The notes under the pieces were generated by a model. It searched no databases and had not been told where the DNA came from. It worked only from the letters and a program-made list of their open reading frames with translations. Made by a program: the position numbers and the translations under genes. A DNA stretch of 45,342 bases from contig JBDRNJ010000087.1 of assembly GCA_043811375.1 (NCBI GenBank), positions 1 through 45,342 on the forward strand, read 5' to 3'. This stretch comes from a bacterium (lineage in GTDB: Bacteria; Zixibacteria; MSB-5A5; GN15; FEB-12). Shown here in pieces: positions 38,438 to 45,342 of the stretch. The first letter of the stretch is position 1. The number at the start of each line of letters is the position of its first letter.

Positions 38438-39450
38438 GCGATGTGCCTGTCCAGCACGGCTCCGACACCGCGCACGTCCTGCATCAACTGATTGAACATA
38501 TCGGGTGATATCGACTGGGCGCCGTCGGAAAGCGCTCGCACCGGATCGTGATGGACCTCGACCAGCAAACCATCGGCGCCGGCGGCAATGGCTGCTCGTG
38601 ACATCGGCACTACCTGGTTGCGTCGGCCGGTACCGTGACTGGGATCGACTATTATGGGCAGGTGACTGATCTGTTTAACTGCCGGTACCACCGAAAGGTC
38701 CAGCGTATTGCGCGTGTGATCGGCAAAAGTTCGTACTCCGCGTTCACATAGAATCACATTCGGGTTTCCTTCAGACAGCACGTATTCGGCCGCCATAAGA
38801 AACTCCTCGATCGTGGCCGACATGCCTCGCTTGAGCAGTATCGGCTGGTTTCTGCGGCCGGCTTTCTTAAGTAGAGAGAAATTCTGCATGTTGCGCGAAC
38901 CAATCTGAATAATGTCGGTATAGCTCGCCACCAGATCGATGGTGTCGGTGTCGATAGCTTCAGTGACCAGCAGTAGTCCGAATTCCTCGCGGATACCGGC
39001 CATGATTTCCAGTCCGGCCTTACCCAGTCCCTGGAAACTGTACGGTGAGGTGCGTGGTTTAAAGGCTCCGGCTCGGAATATCTTAGCCCCCAGGCTGGAT
39101 ACTTTCTCGGCGATAGTCCGGCACTGGTCGCGGCTTTCTACCGAGCAGGGTCCGGCCATAACCACCAGGTCACGGCCACCGACAGCCACGTCTCCGACCT
39201 GGACAATGGTGTCCTGCGATCTGGTATCACGGCTCACCAGCCGGTAGGGTTTGTCGACCCGAACAATTTCGCTGACTCCCGGGCGGGTAAGTATCCCCTC
39301 GGGATCAAACGGCAGTTCACCACCGGATACTTCGATAGTGACTCGCGAGGTCCCTCTAACCGGGTTTGTCTTCAGGCCGATAGCCTGAAGCTCCCGGCAG
39401 ACGTTTCTGACCATCTCCTGGTTGGCTGAACGTCGCATTATCACTATCAT
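38434..39450 (-). CDS. aroF: DAHP synthase type I-beta with N-terminal regulatory domain
   Basis: AGPCSVES, KPRTSPYSFQG, QIGSRNMQN, KRG, CERG, DPSH; ATG 39450 after GGAG. Confidence 0.95.
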   Translation of the reverse strand: MIVIMRRSANQEMVRNVCRELQAIGLKTNPVRGTSRVTIEVSGGELPFDPEGILTRPGVSEIVRVDKPYRLVSRDTRSQDTIVQVGDVAVGGRDLVVMAGPCSVESRDQCRTIAEKVSSLGAKIFRAGAFKPRTSPYSFQGLGKAGLEIMAGIREEFGLLLVTEAIDTDTIDLVASYTDIIQIGSRNMQNFSLLKKAGRRNQPILLKRGMSATIEEFLMAAEYVLSEGNPNVILCERGVRTFADHTRNTLDLSVVPAVKQISHLPIIVDPSHGTGRRNQVVPMSRAAIAAGADGLLVEVHHDPVRALSDGAQSISPDMFNQLMQDVRGVGAVLDRHIA

Positions 39451-39502
39451 TGACAACTCCCGGAAGTCATTTAATCACCGGCACAGTGCTTTCACGGCGC
39501 TG

Positions 39503-41290
39503 CTACATTTCCTGTGGCGCCTGCAATCCCAGCAGGTGCAGACCTGTCTTAAGAACGAGCTGCACCGCACTGACCAGGGTCAGCCGAACTGCCGACAGGG
39601 CCGGATCATCAGAGACGATCTTGTCAATTCGGCCTTGCGCATCCTTGCGCTGGTAAACCTTGTTGAACGCCGCCGCCAGTTTCAACAGGTGGACGGCCAC
39701 GAAATATGGGTCATAGTTGCGGGCAGCGTCAAGAACAGACTGGGGAAAATCAGCCAGCAGTTCCACCACCCGCTCTTCCTCATCGCCCTTAAGCAGTGCG
39801 AAATCGACGTCGGCACCGATCGGTCGCCCGTAGTGCCGCATCAGGGAACAGAGCCGGGCATGAGTATACTGAAGGTACGGCCCGGTCTCACCCTCGAAAC
39901 TGAGTGCTTCTTCCCAGCTGAAATTCACGTCCTTGCGACGTCGCACCGACAACTGTGAGAATATCACCGCCCCGATACCGATCATACGGGCGGTTTCATC
40001 GATAGCCTTAAGGTCGGGATTCTTTTCTAAAATCTTGTCACTGGCCAGATTGACCGCCCGGTTGATCACGTCCTCCAGCAGAATGATGTTGCCGCGCCGG
40101 GTCGACATGGTTTTGTCACCGAACTTCACCCAGCCGAATTCGATATGCTTAATCCGACCGGTCATGCGATCATCCGGCTTAAGATTCTCGGCATCCTCCA
40201 ACAACTCAATAACCTTGAAGATCTGCTTGAAATGGTCAGCCTGCGAGGAGGCTACCACGTACAGAGATTCCTCGAAACGGTACTCTTTCCAGCGATAAAT
40301 CAGGCCGGCCAGGTCACGGGTAGCGTATAGAGTGGCGCCGTCTGCTTTTTTCAGCAGGCAGGGCGGCAGTTGCGGATCATCAAGATCGACCACCAGCGCT
40401 CCCTGTGAGAGACTGGCCAAACCCGTCTGCTGCAACCGCTCAATAACCGGTTCCATTTTGTCGTTGAGAAACGATTCGCTGGTGATCCAGTCAAACTCCA
40501 CACCTAACAGGCGATAGACGCGATCGAATTCTTTCAGCGAAATATCGCGGAAATTCCGCCAGATCGCCACGGCCTCCTGATGGCCTTCTTCAAGCTCCTT
40601 AAACGCCTGCCGGGCTTCGTCATTGAGAGTATCATCGGCTTCAGCCTCATCGTGGAACCTGACATATAAATCAAACAGTTTGCCCACAGCGTCATCTTTA
40701 AGATCAAGTTCCCGGCCCCATTTGCGGTAGGCGACAATCAGCTTGCCGAACTGAGTTCCCCAGTCGCCGAGGAAGTTGATGCCTACCGTATCATAGCCCA
40801 GTTTTGCCATGATGCGCTTCAGCGAGTAACCCAGGATGGTGGTACGCAGGTGCGAGATACCGAACGGTTTGGCAATGTTAACCGATGAATACTCCACCAG
40901 GTACTTGCATCCGGCGCCTTCATCGGAATCGCCATACTGTTCGCCTTGAGCCAGTACGGAGCTGATTGTCTCCTCTGCCTGTGAGACAAAATCTACCCGG
41001 CCGTTGAGAAATCCCCGGCCGTCGAGACTCGCCACACCAGTAGCTACGGTAGCCGGAGCCACGCGGGCGGAAATTTCCTGCGGAGAGCAACCCAGAAGCC
41101 GGCCATACTTAAAAACGGGGAATGCAAACCGGCCCATTTTCGGGTCCTTGGGTTTTTCAAGGTTATCCTGTATGAAATCAGGGTCAAAGACCTCCGTGTC
41201 GCCGGCTGCCCGGTACTTATCGGCAAAAACCTGACGAAAAGCCTCGGCTGTAGATTCGGCGAACTGCCGCCGGAAGCGGTCTTTTTTCAT
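39503..41290 (-). CDS. argS: Arginine--tRNA ligase
   Basis: VEYSSVNIAKPFGISHLR, GDWGTQFG, DGATLYATRD, MSTRRG, GETGPYLQYTHAR; start taken at ATG 41290. Confidence 0.95.
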   Translation of the reverse strand: MKKDRFRRQFAESTAEAFRQVFADKYRAAGDTEVFDPDFIQDNLEKPKDPKMGRFAFPVFKYGRLLGCSPQEISARVAPATVATGVASLDGRGFLNGRVDFVSQAEETISSVLAQGEQYGDSDEGAGCKYLVEYSSVNIAKPFGISHLRTTILGYSLKRIMAKLGYDTVGINFLGDWGTQFGKLIVAYRKWGRELDLKDDAVGKLFDLYVRFHDEAEADDTLNDEARQAFKELEEGHQEAVAIWRNFRDISLKEFDRVYRLLGVEFDWITSESFLNDKMEPVIERLQQTGLASLSQGALVVDLDDPQLPPCLLKKADGATLYATRDLAGLIYRWKEYRFEESLYVVASSQADHFKQIFKVIELLEDAENLKPDDRMTGRIKHIEFGWVKFGDKTMSTRRGNIILLEDVINRAVNLASDKILEKNPDLKAIDETARMIGIGAVIFSQLSVRRRKDVNFSWEEALSFEGETGPYLQYTHARLCSLMRHYGRPIGADVDFALLKGDEEERVVELLADFPQSVLDAARNYDPYFVAVHLLKLAAAFNKVYQRKDAQGRIDKIVSDDPALSAVRLTLVSAVQLVLKTGLHLLGLQAPQEM

Positions 41291-41320
41291 ACCGTGTGCG
41301 TCGGAGTTTTCCATCGGGCA

Positions 41321-41349
41321 ATGATATACCATGCAGCCGTCTGAGGCAA
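41321..41349 (-). promoter_or_regulatory. Putative sigma70-like promoter of the argS-aro operon
   Basis: Minus-strand TTGCCT-17 nt-TATCAT, about 30 nt upstream of ATG 41290. Confidence 0.45.
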
Positions 41350-41350
41350 G

Positions 41351-42655
41351 TTACAACTGTGATACTGCGAACCCGGTGGCGCGATTTTCACTATGGCGGA
41401 AAAAGCGAAAAAACATCAGAGATGACAGCACATAAAGAATGACGGTGATATTCATGGTCACTGTGTAACCGTAGGCTTCGATCATACTACCGCCCAGTGC
41501 CGTAGCCACCATCCGGGAGGAAGTCCAGGCGACCATTAGCAGAGCATTCACCAGGCCTTGCTCCTGCTTCTGGGATAACTCCATGCCGAGGTTGGTGATA
41601 ATGGGCACGCCGATATTCATCAGACCGCCCCTGATAACGAAGGCAGCAATGGCCAGCGGCAAACTGTAGGTGTAGGCTAAGATGAGCAGGAAGGGTATGG
41701 AACTCAATTGTGTTAATACTACAGCTCGCACGAGACCAAACTTGCGTGCCAGCACCGGTCCCGCCAGCGAACCGATCAGCATGGCCAATTGGACCCCGAA
41801 GAAGCAGCCGCCAATTGCATCGGGCGCCAGGTGGAACCGATCGCGAAAATAGAGATTGAGAAACGGGATTATCAGACCTGCCCCCAGCCCGATAGCGAAG
41901 TTGACCGATGTAATCTTGAGGTAGAACCGACCCCTCTTCTTCAATTGTGCTGGAGTCAGAGTTACCCGGTTTTCCTCTGCCGATGGTTGGGAAGCCCGTA
42001 TCAGTAGAAACGGTATCACTGCCAGCAGACTGACTGTGATCCCGACATAAATCGTGTACTGGTATCCGAATACGGTGTTGTTGAGAAGATCAGCGATATA
42101 GGTGGCCAGTTTGCCGGCTCCCAGAGAACCGACCATACCGGCCAGGATCATAGTACCAAAGGAAAATGAAAACAGATGTGTCCGTTCGACAGGGGTTGAG
42201 TTGCGCATATAAAACGGCCCCGCCGCCACTCGATAAAAAGCGAAGGTACCCCCGGCCAGGAGAGAAAATAAGACAAGCATGCTCAGTGAACGGTACCAGA
42301 CGATCCCAAAACTGAAGGCTGCAAACAGAACGCAAGCCACCACCAGGATTGGTTTCAGGCGGACACGACTCAGCAGCAGCGCCGCCGGAATAGCCAGCAG
42401 AGACACGCCTGCGGAACGCGAAGACACAATTAGTCCGATCTGACTTTCGGCGAAACCGGCTTCCTTGAGATAGAGGTTCAGCAGCAGCAGGAAGACCTGC
42501 ATATTGATGGCCATCAGAAAGGAGCCGGCCAGATACAATTTAGCGTTGCGTGAGAAACGGCCGATATCGTAGAAGTATCGTTTCAGGCCGCGTTGCACCC
42601 GGAGCAGCCCCGGGTAGGGCTCACCTGGAAACATGTCAGCAGTAGCCACAGTCAA
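41351..42655 (-). CDS. MFS transporter
   Basis: 12 hydrophobic segments in two halves; LYLKEAGFAESQIG, ERTHLFS, LARKFG; exact start uncertain. Confidence 0.88.
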   Translation of the reverse strand: MTVATADMFPGEPYPGLLRVQRGLKRYFYDIGRFSRNAKLYLAGSFLMAINMQVFLLLLNLYLKEAGFAESQIGLIVSSRSAGVSLLAIPAALLLSRVRLKPILVVACVLFAAFSFGIVWYRSLSMLVLFSLLAGGTFAFYRVAAGPFYMRNSTPVERTHLFSFSFGTMILAGMVGSLGAGKLATYIADLLNNTVFGYQYTIYVGITVSLLAVIPFLLIRASQPSAEENRVTLTPAQLKKRGRFYLKITSVNFAIGLGAGLIIPFLNLYFRDRFHLAPDAIGGCFFGVQLAMLIGSLAGPVLARKFGLVRAVVLTQLSSIPFLLILAYTYSLPLAIAAFVIRGGLMNIGVPIITNLGMELSQKQEQGLVNALLMVAWTSSRMVATALGGSMIEAYGYTVTMNITVILYVLSSLMFFRFFRHSENRATGFAVSQL

Positions 42656-42752
42656 TACCTCGTGACTATGCCGTCAGATGGTGCGGTTACATCGGCAGCA
42701 TGAACTTGGTGACAATGGTTGCGACAACAGCCACCGGTTATCTGCCACAGCG

Positions 42753-43595
42753 TCATTTCCAGTCAAAGGTGCCCTCGCAAACGAACTCGACCGGACCATT
42801 AAGACCAATAATATCAGTGGCGGCGTCCCAATTGACTTGAAGATCACCGGTGGCAAACTGCACCCGGCAATTTCGTTCGGCATGGCCCAGCATTACGGCA
42901 GCGCAGACCGCGGCAGCGGCACCGGTGCCGGATGAACCGGTTGCTCCGGCCCCTCGCTCCCAATCCGCCACCCGCAGCAATTGACGATTTACCACTCGTA
43001 CGAACTCAACATTGGTACGGTGGGGAAACAACCGGTGTCGTTCGATTTCGGCTCCGAGGGTATGCCAGTCGAATTCGAAATCATTGACGAACAGGACCGT
43101 GTGAGGATTGCCCACCGCAACACAGGTTACCGGGAATTTCGTCCCTCCCAGGGTCAACGGCGTATTCAGCATATGTCGGAACCTGGTTTTCACCGGTATC
43201 CGATCGGCCCGAAACTCCGGCCGCCCCAGTTCGGTATAGACCTGGCAGCTATTCCCGGCTGATGATCGGATCGTCACCTCGTCGATACCACCGGCTGTCT
43301 CAAATCGAAAACGTTTTTTCCTTCTGTCCCGGCGATAGCGGTGCACACCGGCAATTCTGAGACCATTGCCGGACTTCTCAGCCCAGCTTCCGTCGGCATT
43401 GTACACATCCAGCCGGCAATCGACTCGTCGGCCTTGTGACAGACAGAGAACTCCGTCGGCACCGATACCGCTACGTCGCCGGCAAACAGACCGGGCCAGT
43501 CGCCCCATACGAGACCTGCTTATTCTGGCCCAGGGGTGCTGAATTATCAGAAAATCATTTTCGAGAGCGTGATACCGACTGAAACGAATCTTCAT
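42753..43595 (-). CDS. dapF: Diaminopimelate epimerase family protein, Ser/Ser active-site variant
   Basis: YHALENDF, GIGADG, NADGSWAEKSGNGLR, GNPH, FPHRTNVEF, WERGAGATGSSGTGA; start ATG 43595. Confidence 0.88.
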   Translation of the reverse strand: MKIRFSRYHALENDFLIIQHPWARISRSRMGRLARSVCRRRSGIGADGVLCLSQGRRVDCRLDVYNADGSWAEKSGNGLRIAGVHRYRRDRRKKRFRFETAGGIDEVTIRSSAGNSCQVYTELGRPEFRADRIPVKTRFRHMLNTPLTLGGTKFPVTCVAVGNPHTVLFVNDFEFDWHTLGAEIERHRLFPHRTNVEFVRVVNRQLLRVADWERGAGATGSSGTGAAAAVCAAVMLGHAERNCRVQFATGDLQVNWDAATDIIGLNGPVEFVCEGTFDWK

Positions 43596-43726
43596 AATGT
43601 ACTGATTGAAACATCCGGGTCCGAATGAGGCAACAAAAAAAGCCCGCAGTCGAGATAAGCCGACCGGCACCTGAATATCATCAGCAACAATGATGAATGC
43701 TGTTTTGGCGGAACGACGTTTCTTTT

Positions 43727-44935
43727 TTACATATTCTCGGTGAACAGTGCAGCCAGCCTGTTAATTCCCTCCACGATACCCTTGTGACTGGCATTGGAGA
43801 AGTTCAGCCGCAACGTATTCGCCCCACTGCCGTCGGGATGGAACGGTTCACCATATACATAAGCAACTTTCATCTCTACCGCTTTGGGAAGCAGCTCCCT
43901 GGCCGACATGTGAGCAGGCAACTGAACCCACAGGAACAAGCCTCCCTCCGGCTCGGTCCAGGTGATGCCTTTGGGGAAAGTATCCCGCATCGTTTTTATC
44001 ATAATATCCCGCTTGACCCGGTAGTCGGCTTTCAACTTTTCAATGTGAGGCTCCAGCTTACCGGCGGCAACATATTCGTAGACAATATACTGGCAGAGCG
44101 TATTGGTGTGCAGGTCGGTACACTGTTTTACCTTTTCAAACAGCAGCATAATATCCGCCGGACCGTTCATCCAGCCTATGCGCAGACCGGGAGTCAATAC
44201 CTTGGAGAAAGTTCTCAGGGCTATTACGATGTCGCCGCCGATCGACTTCAAGGTGGGCAATCTCTCACCGGAGAAGTGGATATCGCTGTATGGGTTGTCG
44301 TCGATAATGGGGGTATTGTGCTTCAACGCAAGATCAACCAGCGCTTCACGGCGTGAAACCGACATGGTAATACCGGTGGGGTTCTGGAAATTGGAGACGG
44401 TGTAGATCAGTTTGGGACGATATTTGATCAGCTTTTCTTCCACCTGTTCGATGATCATTCCCTGGTCGTCCATATCGACCGTAGCATATCGTGCCTGGTA
44501 GTAATTGAACGCCTGCAAAGCCCCGACGTAGGTGGGTCTTTCGGTTAATATGTAGTCTCCGCGATCAACAAACGCTCGTGCTACCAACTCGATTCCCTGC
44601 TGCCCGCCGGCGGTTACCAGTATGTTTTTAGCTTCGCTGGTGATGCCCCGTTCGGTAGCTCTGGCTGCCAACAGCTCCCGTAGCGGTGTTACACCCATCG
44701 ATAGTGAATACTGCACGCAAATGGGGCCATATTTGTCGATAGCTGTCGCCATTGCCTCCTTCAAATCATCCAGCGGAAACAACTCCGGAGCCGGTAAACC
44801 GCCGGCAAAGGAAATAACGCCAGGCTGAGAGGATATCTTGAGTATCTCTCTGATCACTGAAGCTTCCAACTCCAGCACATGAGGAATTATCCGCCACTGC
44901 TCGGTGCGTACCATATTGACCTCATCAACTAACAC
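43727..44935 (-). CDS. PLP-dependent aminotransferase (LysN/ARO8-like, 2-aminoadipate/aromatic type)
   Basis: SVIREILK, ISFAGGLPAPELFP, FQNPTG, DDNPY, TFSKVLTPGLRIGW, LRLNFS. Confidence 0.9.
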   Translation of the reverse strand: MLVDEVNMVRTEQWRIIPHVLELEASVIREILKISSQPGVISFAGGLPAPELFPLDDLKEAMATAIDKYGPICVQYSLSMGVTPLRELLAARATERGITSEAKNILVTAGGQQGIELVARAFVDRGDYILTERPTYVGALQAFNYYQARYATVDMDDQGMIIEQVEEKLIKYRPKLIYTVSNFQNPTGITMSVSRREALVDLALKHNTPIIDDNPYSDIHFSGERLPTLKSIGGDIVIALRTFSKVLTPGLRIGWMNGPADIMLLFEKVKQCTDLHTNTLCQYIVYEYVAAGKLEPHIEKLKADYRVKRDIMIKTMRDTFPKGITWTEPEGGLFLWVQLPAHMSARELLPKAVEMKVAYVYGEPFHPDGSGANTLRLNFSNASHKGIVEGINRLAALFTENM

Positions 44936-45259
44936 TACACAATCCTTTCTTCCCCTTGAGACAATCAGGGTCTTTTCAACCTAATGATACGTCAAAGGTC
45001 GCAATATGGCAATGGAAAAAGCTGCGTTTGTTAAATGAGTAACGACGACGGATCACTGGTTTTTCGGTTTGGACGATAAATGTACCAATGAACGGAATCA
45101 AGCTACCGGTCTTTAGATCATATAATAGCCGCTTTGTAGTCTTAGCTACTGTGTTAAGTACCCGCGACTTAGAGTCTGTAAAAAAACCTCTGCATCACAT
45201 CAAAGCGGAGGAGCGGCAAGTCGATCGCAAACAGCATTAACGGGGGGGATCACAGTCAC

Positions 45260-45332
45260 GTAGGGCAGGTCTGTCTTCAAACCTGCTATTTTTACCCCAA
45301 AAGGCGGATTCGAAGGGGGCATCGCCCCTCTT
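45260..45332 (+). repeat. GTAG REP-like palindrome and a second GC hairpin
   Basis: GTAGG-GCAGGTCTG-TCTT-CAAACCTGC (45260-45286), similar to the 13275-13301 unit; AAGGGGGC-ATC-GCCCCTCTT (45313-45332). Confidence 0.55.
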
Positions 45333-45342
45333 AAAGGATCCG

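Noticed and set aside
10522..39450. Functional clustering of transketolase (erythrose-4-phosphate supply) with the aro operon
   Set aside because: Separated by more than 20 kb of unrelated housekeeping genes; no evidence of co-regulation
44936..45342. Riboswitch or ncRNA upstream of the aminotransferase-dapF genes
   Set aside because: No recognisable lysine-riboswitch or T-box consensus by eye; an Rfam/Infernal scan would be needed

Overview
A ~45 kb, mostly minus-strand housekeeping region of a diderm bacterium. The T9SS-type tail, exosortase H, LptD/BamD/LolA and repeat style suggest an FCB-related lineage such as Zixibacteria; this is inference only. In order, it contains: a papain-family protease with a T9SS-type C-terminal tail (truncated at the left edge and missing from the ORF track); a methyltransferase; exosortase H plus its partner gene; a peptidoglycan-recycling trio (NlpC/P60, Ala-Glu epimerase, amidase); an aminotransferase and a fused transketolase; a coaE/polA-nadD-bamD-slt-rimO-lolA-ftsK block; HU, a very long LptD, AlaX, FAH, MATE, an outer-membrane protein and a lipoprotein metallopeptidase; a shikimate operon lacking aroC; and argS, an MFS transporter, dapF and a PLP aminotransferase. 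Three signals stand out. (1) Three plus-strand orphan genes, one with a HEPN RxxxxH motif, interrupt the minus-strand backbone. Each is bracketed by GTAG/GTGG-headed REP-like palindromes, and a near-identical 24-mer follows both insertions, which suggests REP-bounded gene cassettes. (2) The DapF homologue has Ser at both catalytic Cys positions. (3) LptD carries a very long LptA-like N-terminal extension. No rRNA, tRNA, CRISPR array, transposase or integrase was seen.
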